DNA of 64,000 nucleotides from Actinomycetota bacterium (GTDB lineage: Bacteria > Actinomycetota > Actinomycetes > Mycobacteriales > SCTD01): contig JAHWJP010000003.1 of assembly GCA_019348355.1 (NCBI GenBank), positions 111-64,110 on the forward strand. The letters are read 5' to 3'. The notes beneath the pieces were generated by a model, which had not been told where the DNA came from, made no database searches, and saw only the letters and a list, made by a program, of their open reading frames with translations. Positions 17,453-28,692 of this stretch are shown here, in pieces (within the stretch, counting starts at the first letter, position 1; each line of letters starts with the position of its first letter). A program made the position numbers and the translations under genes.

Positions 17453-18658
17453 ATGGACTTCGACCACTCGGCTCGGGCGCTGGACCTGCTCGCCCGCATG
17501 CAGGACTTCATGGACACCCGGGTCTTCCCGGCCGAGAAGGATTACGACGCCTACCGTCGCGCGGCCGGCCCGGACGACCACACCCTGCCGCCGGTGGTGG
17601 AGGAGCTCAAGGCCGAAGCCCGCCGGCGCGGACTGTGGAACCTGTTCCTGCCGAATGTGTCCGGCCTGAGCAACCTGGAGTACGCCCCGATCGCCGAGCT
17701 CACCGGCTGGTCCTCCTCCCTCGCACCCGAGGCCATCAACTGCGACGCCCCCAACACCGGGAACATGGAGGTGCTGCACCTGTTCGGCACCGCCGAGCAG
17801 AAGTCGCGATGGCTCGTACCGCTGATGGAAGGCCGGATCCGCTCGGCCTTCGCCATGACCGAGCCGGCCGTCGCGTCCTCCGACGCCACCAACATCTCGA
17901 CCGCGATAGTGCGCGACGGTGACGACTACGTGATCTCTGGCCGCAAGTGGTGGATCACCGGGGTCAATGACCCGCGCTGCGAGATCCTGATCGTGATGGG
18001 CAAGACCGATCCGGGCGCGTCGGTGCACCGCCAGCAGTCAATGATCCTCGTGCCGGTCGCCACCCCCGGCGTCGAGGTGATCCGGGCGCTGCCGGTCTTC
18101 GGCTACGCCGACCAGCACGGGCACGGGGAGATCACGTTCACGGGCGTACGCGTGCCTGCCGTCAACCTGATCGCCGCCGAGGGGGACGGCTTTGCGATCG
18201 CGCAAGCCCGGCTGGGCCCGGGCCGGATCCACCACTGCATGCGGGCGCTGGGGGCGGCTGAGCGGGCCCTGTCGCTGATGTGCGAGCGGGCCCTGTCCCG
18301 GGTGGCCTTCGGGTCGCCGCTCGCAACGCAGGGGGTCATCCGCGAGCAGATCGCCGAGTCGCGGATGGACATCGACCAGGCGCGGCTCCTGGTGTTGAAG
18401 ACGGCCGACCTGATCGACAAGGTCGGGGCGAAGGGCGCCCGCTCGGAGATTGCCGCCATCAAGGTGATCGCCCCGCGGGTGGCCCTGCGCGTGGTGGACC
18501 GGGCGATCCAGGTGCACGGCGGGGCCGGCGTGAGCGACGACTTCCCGCTGGCGCGGATGTACGCCTCGCTGCGCACGCTGCGCCTCGCCGACGGGCCGGA
18601 CGAGGTGCACGTGCGCACCGTCGCGCGCCAGGAGCTCGGCAAGCACAGCCGGTCCTGA
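17453..18658 (+). CDS. Acyl-CoA dehydrogenase
   Basis: Track ORF 17405-18658 trimmed to ATG 17453 ([19 protein letters not shown]...). Family-typical regions [12 protein letters not shown] and [19 protein letters not shown]. Confidence 0.88.
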   Translation: MDFDHSARALDLLARMQDFMDTRVFPAEKDYDAYRRAAGPDDHTLPPVVEELKAEARRRGLWNLFLPNVSGLSNLEYAPIAELTGWSSSLAPEAINCDAPNTGNMEVLHLFGTAEQKSRWLVPLMEGRIRSAFAMTEPAVASSDATNISTAIVRDGDDYVISGRKWWITGVNDPRCEILIVMGKTDPGASVHRQQSMILVPVATPGVEVIRALPVFGYADQHGHGEITFTGVRVPAVNLIAAEGDGFAIAQARLGPGRIHHCMRALGAAERALSLMCERALSRVAFGSPLATQGVIREQIAESRMDIDQARLLVLKTADLIDKVGAKGARSEIAAIKVIAPRVALRVVDRAIQVHGGAGVSDDFPLARMYASLRTLRLADGPDEVHVRTVARQELGKHSRS

Positions 18659-18670
18659 CCGGCGGGGTGA

Positions 18671-18727
18671 CTTCCCCTGCGTCATGACACTTCCCGGGCG
18701 CCGTACGGCGTCGTTTCGCAGGGGAAG
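18671..18727. terminator. Nested hairpin between convergent fadE-like and vapC genes
   Basis: Outer arms CTTCCCCTGCG (18671-18681) and CGCAGGGGAAG (18717-18727). Inner palindrome CGCCGTACGGCG. Confidence 0.45.
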
Positions 18728-18773
18728 TGCGGGCGGGTGGTTTGCGCCTGTCCGACCAGCCCGAAGTTGTTTT

Positions 18774-19196
18774 CTACGGAGGGCTCTGCCACAGGTCGAC
18801 CAAAACGATCCCGGTGTCGGCGAAGTCCTTGACGTTGCGGGTTGCCAGGGCGGCGTCATGGGCTCGGCAGATGGAAGCGATCTGGGCGTCGAAACCGTCG
18901 ATCGGCGCCCCAGCGCGGTCACGGGAATCGACAACCTCGCCGTACTCCCGAGCAGCCGCATCGTCGAAGCCGAGCACCTGCTCCGGGAACGCTGCGAACA
19001 CCGCCTCAGCGGCGGCCTTCAGGAGGGCCTTACGGTGTCCTTCCGGCAGCCGCGCGATGCCATGGCCGATCTCGGCAAGCGTGACCGCGGTCGTGCGCAG
19101 CTCGCTGGCGCTCCGATGGCGGACCCAACCTGCAACCACTGGTGACGGCCCGGTTCGCATCAACTCCGAGACGACGTTCGTATCGAGGACGATCAC
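18774..19196 (-). CDS. vapC: PIN-domain toxin VapC
   Basis: MIVLDTNVVSELMR... (first acidic PIN residue in LDTN) and C-terminal ATRNVKDF. ATGA overlap with the upstream antitoxin. Confidence 0.85.
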   Translation of the reverse strand: MIVLDTNVVSELMRTGPSPVVAGWVRHRSASELRTTAVTLAEIGHGIARLPEGHRKALLKAAAEAVFAAFPEQVLGFDDAAAREYGEVVDSRDRAGAPIDGFDAQIASICRAHDAALATRNVKDFADTGIVLVDLWQSPP

Positions 19197-19438
19197 GCGG
19201 ACAGGTCAGCAGCGCGTGGACGCGTCGACCGGGAGAGCATGCCCAACTCCACTCCACCGATGTCCGCGAAGCGGTCCAGCAGCGCAGTGAACAGATTCTC
19301 GACCGGGTCGGGCTCGCGGACGGCTTCGGCCAGAATCGTCCGGATCTCCGCTTCCATCGACCGACCGTGACGGGCCGCCCGAACCCGCAACCGTTCTCGC
19401 ACGTCGTCATCGAGGTTCCGAATGCTGACAGCTGCCAC
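19193..19438 (-). CDS. vapB: Ribbon-helix-helix (Arc/FitA-type) antitoxin VapB
   Basis: Track ORF 19193-19723 trimmed to GTG 19438 (VAAVSIRNLDDDVRERLRVRAARHGRSMEAEIR...), preceded by AAAGGGA. The SIRNLDD...HGRSMEAE pattern is typical of FitA-like antitoxins. Confidence 0.75.
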   Translation of the reverse strand: MAAVSIRNLDDDVRERLRVRAARHGRSMEAEIRTILAEAVREPDPVENLFTALLDRFADIGGVELGMLSRSTRPRAADLSA

Positions 19439-19487
19439 GACGTTCACCGTCCCTTTAGGCTCGCTAGCAATGCTGGCAGGAGATTCA

Positions 19488-20798
19488 TCACCGTAGGCGG
19501 GACAGGGCCCGCCGTCTGGGCCGGGACTGCCGGGACACTCCCAGCAGCCCGGCGGCGAGCGCGGCGACTGCCAGGCGCGTGGGCGAGGACGGAGCGGCCT
19601 CGACCAGTGTGCGGCCGGCGGCGAGCGCCCCGTCGACACCGGCGACGTCGAGCGGCACGAACACCACCTCGTCGACGCCGGCGTAGCGGCGAAGCGCCGC
19701 CCGAATCTCCTTCTCGGCATCACCCGGCACGCCGCTCGGGCGCAGCCGGTTGACGATCACGACGGGCTGCACCCCGGGGACCGCGTCCTGGAGCTCACCG
19801 AGGCTGCGGACCAGGCGCTGGAGCCCGACCGGGTCGCCCGAGCCCACCGCGTAGACCGTGTCGGCGCACTCCAGCACCGCGAGCGTCGCCCCGTTGCGCC
19901 GCGGCGCGGCCGTGTCGTAGGCCAGCTCCTCGTCCTGCTCGAGACAGAAGCCGCAGTCGACGACGGTCATCGCCGACAGCGAGCGGGCCAGCTCGAGGAC
20001 GACCTCGACAGCCACCGGCCGCAGCTCGGGCCAGCGGTCGGCGCGGGCGATGCCGGTCAGGACGCGCAGGCTCGGCGTGACCGTGCGGGCCAGCTCGGCG
20101 AGACCGGGCAGGTCGAGCGCGCCGTTGTTGGCCAGCCGGGCTGCTGCCGCGAGCCCGGGCGCCTCGTCGAGCAGGCCGAGGACCTGGGCGACCACCCCGC
20201 CGTAGACGTCGGCGTCCACGAGCAGCGTGCTGCGTCCGAGATCGGCGAGCTCGCTGGCCAGCCCGACCGCGAGCGTGGTGCGGCCGGGCGCTCCGGTGGG
20301 GCCCCACACCGCGAGCACGCGGCCGGTGCCGACACCGGTGCCCGGGTCTGCGACGGGCTCGGGCAGCGATGGCAGGTCGGGCAGTGCCGCCCGCGGGTCG
20401 GCATGGGCGGTCCGCTGGCCGACGCTCGGCTGCACCGCGCTGCTGATCGCCTGCAGCACGGCAGCCGAGAGCTCCTCCGGTGTGCTGTCCGACGGCAGTA
20501 CGTGCCGGACCCCGAGCTGGCGCAGCCGACGGTCGGCCTGCTCGTCCCCGGGTGGCACCAGCCCGACGACGGCGACACCCGCGACCGCGAGTCGCCCCAA
20601 CGCCTCGCGGTCCAGCCGGCGCAGGTCCGCCGACAGCAGGGCGGCCCGCGCCTGCCCGGTGGCGGCGGTGGCGAGCAGGTCGGCGAGGTCGACGCAGCGG
20701 CGCACCACCGCGAGCCCGAGGTCGCCGCGCTCGAAGGCGGCAACGAGGTCGGCCTCCCACACGGCGTCCGAGACGGCCGTCAGGACCGGCAGCTGCAT
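19488..20798 (-). CDS. Ssd/CpaE/TadZ-like P-loop protein (MinD/ParA superfamily) with an N-terminal extra domain
   Basis: Track ORF 19488-21746 trimmed to ATG 20798 (MQLPVLTAVSD...). P-loop VLAVWGPTGAPGRTTLAVGLA followed by LLVDADVYGG. Confidence 0.75.
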   Translation of the reverse strand: MQLPVLTAVSDAVWEADLVAAFERGDLGLAVVRRCVDLADLLATAATGQARAALLSADLRRLDREALGRLAVAGVAVVGLVPPGDEQADRRLRQLGVRHVLPSDSTPEELSAAVLQAISSAVQPSVGQRTAHADPRAALPDLPSLPEPVADPGTGVGTGRVLAVWGPTGAPGRTTLAVGLASELADLGRSTLLVDADVYGGVVAQVLGLLDEAPGLAAAARLANNGALDLPGLAELARTVTPSLRVLTGIARADRWPELRPVAVEVVLELARSLSAMTVVDCGFCLEQDEELAYDTAAPRRNGATLAVLECADTVYAVGSGDPVGLQRLVRSLGELQDAVPGVQPVVIVNRLRPSGVPGDAEKEIRAALRRYAGVDEVVFVPLDVAGVDGALAAGRTLVEAAPSSPTRLAVAALAAGLLGVSRQSRPRRRALSRLR

Positions 20799-21502
20799 CA
20801 GCTGGCTCCGACGGCCGGTACCGGCGCCTCCGCGTTGCGGGGCACCCGGACGAGGTCGATGCGGCCCAGCGACATCGCGGACAGCAGCGTGCCGACATCG
20901 GCCTCCCGGACCCGCACCACCACCGGCGAGGTGGTGCCGCCGCTGGAGAAGCTGTCCTCGGGTGGACCGGTGGCGACCGCGACCCGCTGCAGCACCCGCT
21001 GCGCGCCGCTCAGCTCGAGCGGGCCGGGCGCTGGCCCGATCGGGGCCGCGCCACCCGTACGCACCGGTGTCACCCACACGTCGACCTCCTGCTCGTCGAC
21101 CAGATCGGGCGGGAAGTGCCCCGGCTCGAGCGGCACGGTCACGAGCCGGAAGGCGCCTTCCTCGGGCAGGCTCAGCGCGTCGTCGGGCAGCAACTCGCCG
21201 GCGCCGATCCCGCGCCGGACGATGTAGCCGACCGGCGGCGGCCCGCTCGCGTCGAGGTAGCGGTCGACGCTGTCGAACAGCCGGACCCGCACCGGCTGCA
21301 GATCGGAGGCGGCCAGCTGGCTGCCGACGGCGAGATCTCCCGTCGTCGCCCACACCAGCTGACTGCGGTCCGCGCCGGCCAGCACCCGCGCACCGACGAC
21401 GACGCTCACCAGCACGAGCAGAACACCCAGCACGAGCCGGCCGTCCAGCCACCCGGGTGTCGCGAGCCGGCTCGCCGGTGGCGAGCGGGGCGGGTCGGAC
21501 AT
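20798..21502 (-). CDS. SAF-domain (CpaB/RcpC-like) membrane protein
   Basis: Track ORF 20798-21706 trimmed to ATG 21502, preceded by AAGGAGGAG. TM segment LVLGVLLVLVSVVVGA. SAF-like segment DLAVGSQLAASDLQPVRV. Confidence 0.7.
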   Translation of the reverse strand: MSDPPRSPPASRLATPGWLDGRLVLGVLLVLVSVVVGARVLAGADRSQLVWATTGDLAVGSQLAASDLQPVRVRLFDSVDRYLDASGPPPVGYIVRRGIGAGELLPDDALSLPEEGAFRLVTVPLEPGHFPPDLVDEQEVDVWVTPVRTGGAAPIGPAPGPLELSGAQRVLQRVAVATGPPEDSFSSGGTTSPVVVRVREADVGTLLSAMSLGRIDLVRVPRNAEAPVPAVGAS

Positions 21503-21576
21503 GCTCCTCCTTGCTGCGACTATGCATTCGGGACGGCGGCCATCGTTGCGCATTCGTGCACGGGGGGACGGGTGCT

Positions 21577-21598
21577 GTCCACAGCGACGGCTGTGGAC
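21577..21598. promoter_or_regulatory. Inverted repeat GTCCACAGC-gacg-GCTGTGGAC in a divergent promoter region
   Basis: 9-bp perfect arms located between the SAF gene (start 21502, minus) and the HTH gene (start 21694, plus). Confidence 0.3.
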
Positions 21599-21693
21599 GA
21601 CGGTATGAGAGCCGGGGCGTCCGGTGGCAGACTGCACCAACCGGCCGCCAACGGCGGCGGCCGCAGTCGACCAAGGGCGCCGAAGGAGGGCTG

Positions 21694-21930
21694 ATGGCCG
21701 CAGCACGATTCCTGCAGCTGACCGATGTCGCCGAGATCCTGAACATCTCCTCCTCGCAGACCTACGCGCTGGTGCGCTCGGGCGAGCTGCCGGCGATCAA
21801 GATCGGCGGGCGCGGGCAGTGGCGGGTCGAGCGGGCGGCGCTCGAGGACTACATCTCTCGCTGCTACACCGAGACCAAGGCCTTCGTGAGCACGCACCCC
21901 TTGGGTCGCGAGGAGCTCGCCGAGGACTGA
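21694..21930 (+). CDS. Excisionase/MerR-type helix-turn-helix DNA-binding protein
   Basis: C-terminal part of track ORF 20227-21930. ATG 21694 after GAAGGAGGG. MAAARFLQLTDVAEILNISSSQTYALVRSGELPAIKIGGRGQWRV. Confidence 0.8.
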   Translation: MAAARFLQLTDVAEILNISSSQTYALVRSGELPAIKIGGRGQWRVERAALEDYISRCYTETKAFVSTHPLGREELAED

Positions 21931-21941
21931 GCGGCCGGTTC

Positions 21942-22496
21942 TCAGCCGCTGCGGATCACGGCGACGGCCGGGAGCGGCACCATCCGTACCTGCCGCACCG
22001 CCGCCACCCGACGCGCCTCGCCCAGGCCGTGCTCGGCGAGGTCCAGGTGGTCGGCACCGACCCGGTCCAGCGTGCCGGTCACCAGCGAGCCGTCCACCAG
22101 AGCGACCGCCATCCCGGTCCGGCCGCGGGCCAGCCCCCGCAGGGCCCAGCGCAGGTCGAGCCGTTTCGCCACGGCCCCCTCGGTGCCCGGGCCCGCCGTG
22201 CGGACGCCGAGGCCGCAGACGCCCAGCACGGCCGCCAGCGGGACCAGCAGCTCGCGCCCGCCGGGCTCCTCCAGCAGCAGCCAGTCGCACCCGGTGTCGA
22301 CCAGCCGCCCACGCAGGACGCCGTGGCCCGCGACGGTGACCACCAGCGGGTGGCCCGCCCCTGGCCGCAGCCGGTCCACCATGCGCAGCAGGGCTGCCTC
22401 GCGGCGGGTGCGCTCGGACACCTCGCCGGCCAGCTCCGCCGCTGCTGCTTGCTCGAACTGCGCCTCGAGGTCGGCAAACAGTCCCTGCCATCGCAT
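21942..22496 (-). CDS. Conserved hypothetical protein
   Basis: Track ORF 21942-23747 trimmed to ATG 22496 (MRWQGLFADLEAQFEQAAAAELAGEV...). Upstream of that the track ORF is Arg/Gly/Pro junk. Confidence 0.55.
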   Translation of the reverse strand: MRWQGLFADLEAQFEQAAAAELAGEVSERTRREAALLRMVDRLRPGAGHPLVVTVAGHGVLRGRLVDTGCDWLLLEEPGGRELLVPLAAVLGVCGLGVRTAGPGTEGAVAKRLDLRWALRGLARGRTGMAVALVDGSLVTGTLDRVGADHLDLAEHGLGEARRVAAVRQVRMVPLPAVAVIRSG

Positions 22497-22607
22497 GGCC
22501 CCAGCCTGTCGTGCCCGCACCAGTCTGCGCAACTCGCCTTGACGGCACGTGGACAAGTGCGTACAAAGGCAAACGCCAGCAAACGTAGGTAAGCGGAGGA
22601 GTGAGTC

Positions 22608-23279
22608 ATGCGCCGTGTCGACCCAGCGCTCGTCGTGGTGGCGGTCGGGCTGGTGCTGCTCATGGCGGCGCCTCCCCCCTCGACCGCCTGGCGCGAGCTG
22701 CGCGCGACCAGCTCGGCCCTCGACCCCACCGGCCCGCTCGTGGCCGCTGCGGCGCTGCTCGCCTGGGCTCTTGCCACCTGGCTGGCCGTGTCCGTGCTGG
22801 TGACGGCGGCCGGCCAGCTGCCAGGAGTGGCCGGTCGGCTCGCCGGCGCCGGTGCCCGCCGCATCGCACCGGCCGCGATCCGCCGGGCCGTCGAGGTCAC
22901 GCTCGGGCTCACCGTCGCCGTCGGGGTTCTGGGGGCCGCACCCGCCTCGGCGGCGTCGAGCCCTACCGCGGCGGCGACGAATGTGGCGGGGGCGAGCGCG
23001 ACGGAGCCGAGCGCCGCCCGCCCGGATCTGGACTGGCCGCACACGGCCGCTGGCGCCGCGCCGGCCGAGCCGGTGCTGGTCCAGCCGGGTGACTCGCTGT
23101 GGCGCCTCGCGGCGCAGCAGCTGCAGGCAGCCGGCGCGCCCGCCCCGTCCGACGCGCAGGTCGCGCAGGCCTGGCCCTCCTGGTGGTCGGCGAACCGCGA
23201 CCTCGTCGGTGACGACCCCGATCTGATCCGGCCCGGGATGCGCCTGTCGCCGCCCGCGACCCCTGACTCCCCTTCCTGA
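22608..23279 (+). CDS. LysM-domain membrane protein
   Basis: ATG after GGAGGAGTGAGTC. Two hydrophobic segments. C-terminal LysM-like VLVQPGDSLWRLAAQQL...IRPGMRL. Confidence 0.7.
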   Translation: MRRVDPALVVVAVGLVLLMAAPPPSTAWRELRATSSALDPTGPLVAAAALLAWALATWLAVSVLVTAAGQLPGVAGRLAGAGARRIAPAAIRRAVEVTLGLTVAVGVLGAAPASAASSPTAAATNVAGASATEPSAARPDLDWPHTAAGAAPAEPVLVQPGDSLWRLAAQQLQAAGAPAPSDAQVAQAWPSWWSANRDLVGDDPDLIRPGMRLSPPATPDSPS

Positions 23280-23318
23280 CCGACATCCGCACCGACCCCC
23301 CAACCCGAAGGACGACCC

Positions 23319-23879
23319 ATGTCCGTTCTGACGTCCGAGCAGTCGCACCTGCTCTCCGGGAGTACGAGCCTGCCCGCGCTGCGCCTGCTCCCGGTGCCGG
23401 TCAGTGAGCCGCCGTACGACGACGAGCTCCCCCTGCTCAGCGCGGCGCCGGGCCGGCCAATCGGCCCGCTGCGCTCGCTGTCCCGGTTGCGTCTGGTCCC
23501 GGACCCGCCCGCCGACGACGCCGAACCGATCCGGCCGCGCACCCCGACCGATGCGCTGCCCGCTGCCCGGCCGGTCGCCCACGCGCTGGTGCAGGCCCTG
23601 CTCGAGGTGCTCGCCGGCGTCCGGCCGATCACCCAGCTGCGCAGGGACACCAGCACCGAGCTGTACGAGCGGCTCGAGCAGATCCTGCGCTACCGGCCGA
23701 GCCCGACCGGGGTGCGGCCGACCGGTGGCGCCGTGCGCAGCCTGCACATCCAGCAGCGCCCGGAAGGGGTGGCCGAGATCTGCGCCACCGTGCAGCGTGG
23801 CGGTCGAGCCGGCGCGTTGGCGCTGCGCCTCGAGGGCGTCGACGGCCGGTGGTCGTGCACCGCGCTCGCCGGCTTCTGA
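23319..23879 (+). CDS. Rv3235-like conserved actinobacterial protein
   Basis: The core AHALVQALLEVLAGVRPITQLRRDTSTELYERL is typical of the Rv3235 family found next to secA in actinobacteria. Confidence 0.7.
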   Translation: MSVLTSEQSHLLSGSTSLPALRLLPVPVSEPPYDDELPLLSAAPGRPIGPLRSLSRLRLVPDPPADDAEPIRPRTPTDALPAARPVAHALVQALLEVLAGVRPITQLRRDTSTELYERLEQILRYRPSPTGVRPTGGAVRSLHIQQRPEGVAEICATVQRGGRAGALALRLEGVDGRWSCTALAGF

Positions 23880-23881
23880 GC

Positions 23882-23937
23882 AAGATCTTCGGGGAGTTCA
23901 CAGGGCGAGCACCCTGTGAACTCTCCGAAAATCTTGG
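23882..23937. terminator. Long hairpin (25-bp arms, 2 mismatches, 6-nt loop) between convergent genes
   Basis: CAAGATCTTCGGGGAGTTCACAGGG-cgagca-CCCTGTGAACTCTCCGAAAATCTTG. It fills the gap between the stops at 23879 (+) and 23956 (-). Confidence 0.6.
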
Positions 23938-23955
23938 GGTCCCCTGTCGAGCGGC

Positions 23956-26967
<3,012 letters not shown>

Positions 26968-27096
26968 GCTGGTGCATCTCCCTCGGACGGGCTCGCGCGA
27001 CGGTTGCGGTCGTGCGTCTTCGATCGTAGGCGCTCCGGGAGGTCGAACGGCTGGCGCTGCGTTGCGGTGCCCCGGCACAGTGGCCGGCGTGGAGCC

Positions 27097-27119
27097 GGGC
27101 GGCGATGCTGCGGATGATC
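27097..27119 (-). repeat. Third copy of the 23-nt motif GATCATCCGCAGnATCGCCGyCC
   Basis: The minus strand reads GATCATCCGCAGCATCGCCGCCC, 27 nt downstream of the response-regulator stop. Compare the copies at 44954-44976 (+) and 45001-45023 (-). Confidence 0.6.
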
Positions 27120-27145
27120 AACGAGGGCGGGGGGCGGCTCCGGGC

Positions 27146-27859
27146 TCAGGTGATCTCGAGCAGCTTCTCGCGGACCGCGTAGACGACCGCCTCCATCCGC
27201 GAGTGCAGTTGGAGCTTCTCGAGGATGTTGCGGATGTGGTTCTTCACGGTGTTCTCGCTGATGAACAGCTGCTTGGCGATGTCGCGGTTGTTCATCCCCT
27301 TCGCGACCAGCTTGAGGACCTCCATCTCGCGGTCGGTGAGCCGCGGGGTGGGCACCTGCTGGCGGTCGTCGGTCTTCTTGATCATCGAGGCGAACTCGGT
27401 CAGCAGCTTGCTCGCCATCGACGGGCTGATCAGCGACTGGCCGCCGTGGACGGCCCGGATCGCCGAGGCCACCTCCTCGATCGAGATCTCCTTGAGCAGA
27501 TAGCCCATCGCGCCGGCCTTGATCGCCTCGTAGAGGTCGGCCTCCTCGTCCGAGATCGTCAACATGATGATCTTGGCGGACGGCACCGTCGCGTGGATCG
27601 CCGTACAGGCATCGATCCCGCCCCGCTTGGGCATCCGTACGTCCATCAGCACGATGTCCGGCAGCGTCTCGGTCGCGGCAGTGATCGCCTCTCCGCCGTC
27701 GCTCGCCTCCCCGACGACCTCGATGTCGGGTTCCTGCTCGAGCACCATCTGCAGACCGCGCCGGAACAGCGCGTGATCGTCGACCACCAGCACACGGATC
27801 GGCTCCACGACCGGCCCGCCGCCGATGCTGGCCTGGCCCGGTGCGGTGGTCTCGGTCAA
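27146..27859 (-). CDS. NarL/LuxR-family response regulator (no adjacent kinase)
   Basis: Receiver IRVLVVDDHALFRRG...IVLMDVRMP. LuxR HTH LTDREMEVLKLVAKGMNNRDIAKQLFISENTVKNH. Start proposed at TTG 27859 after GGAGGA; the track start 27895 is also possible. Confidence 0.85.
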   Translation of the reverse strand: MTETTAPGQASIGGGPVVEPIRVLVVDDHALFRRGLQMVLEQEPDIEVVGEASDGGEAITAATETLPDIVLMDVRMPKRGGIDACTAIHATVPSAKIIMLTISDEEADLYEAIKAGAMGYLLKEISIEEVASAIRAVHGGQSLISPSMASKLLTEFASMIKKTDDRQQVPTPRLTDREMEVLKLVAKGMNNRDIAKQLFISENTVKNHIRNILEKLQLHSRMEAVVYAVREKLLEIT

Positions 27860-27923
27860 GGGGTCCTCCGGAGGTTCTTGCGCGACGCACCGCATCCTGT
27901 CACGCAGTGGCCCGATTGCGAGT

Positions 27924-28553
27924 TCAGCCCGCTGCGAGCCGCAGGACGCCGTAGTCGTAGCCGTGCCGCCGGTAGACCACGCTGGGCAGGCCGCTCGCGG
28001 CGTCGAGGAACAGGAAGAAGTCGTGGCCGACGAGCTCCATCTCGTGCAGCGCGTCGGCGGTCGCCATCGGGGTGGCCGTGTGGGTCTTGTCGCGCACGAT
28101 CAGCAGCTCGGTGTCGTCGCGGGATTCCGGCTCGAGCACGGCGACGGTGTCGTACGCCGAGTCCGCGGCTGAGCCGTTCTGGGCCACCGGCAGGTCGGCC
28201 GGAAGACCCGCCGTCGCCTCGGCCACCGAGGGCGGCGTGTGGCGCCCGTGGTGGATGCGGCGACGGTCGTGCGCCTTGCGCAGGCGGGCCTCGAGCTTGA
28301 GCGTGGCGGCATCCAGCGCGGCGTAGAAGTCACTCGCACTCGCTTCGGCCCGGATGACCGGACCCTTGCTGTAGCAGGTGATCTCGACGCGCTGGCAGTT
28401 CGCGGACTGGCGCGGGTTCTTCTCGTGGGCGAGCTCGACGTCGAGCCGGATGACACGGGAATCGAGGCGTTCGGAAGGCGCCAGCTTGTCGCTGACGTGC
28501 GTCCGGAAATGGTCCGGCACCTCGACGTTGCGGCCTTTGACGACGATGTCCAC
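27924..28553 (-). CDS. hpf: Ribosome hibernation promoting factor, long form
   Basis: Track ORF 27924-28571 trimmed to GTG 28553 after GGAGGATCCGC. VDIVVKGRNVEVPDHFRTHVSDKL plus a C-terminal dimerisation domain IVRDKTHTATPMATADALHEMELVGHDFFLF. Confidence 0.9.
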   Translation of the reverse strand: MDIVVKGRNVEVPDHFRTHVSDKLAPSERLDSRVIRLDVELAHEKNPRQSANCQRVEITCYSKGPVIRAEASASDFYAALDAATLKLEARLRKAHDRRRIHHGRHTPPSVAEATAGLPADLPVAQNGSAADSAYDTVAVLEPESRDDTELLIVRDKTHTATPMATADALHEMELVGHDFFLFLDAASGLPSVVYRRHGYDYGVLRLAAG

Positions 28554-28692
28554 GCGGATCCTCCAACACAATCGGGAATGGGACGTCGGGCGGTGCGAGC
28601 AGGGTTCCCACGAGGGGCGGTCGGACCTCCTCTCCCCTCGGCGCTCGGTCGGGCACCGCTTGCGGCTGGGGACCAGACGCTAGACCTCGAGG

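Noticed and set aside
19488-21746. A single 752-aa ORF spanning the Ssd-like gene and the region upstream of it.
   Set aside because: The N-terminal 316 residues are Arg/Ala/Gly/Pro-rich nonsense and overlap, in another frame, a SAF-domain ORF that has an excellent SD sequence. The ATG at 20798 forms a TGATG junction with the SAF gene stop.
21694-21930. The excisionase-family HTH gene considered as a marker of an integrated mobile element.
   Set aside because: There is no integrase, att-like direct repeat, tRNA target or phage/conjugation gene nearby. The neighbouring genes are conserved actinobacterial core genes.
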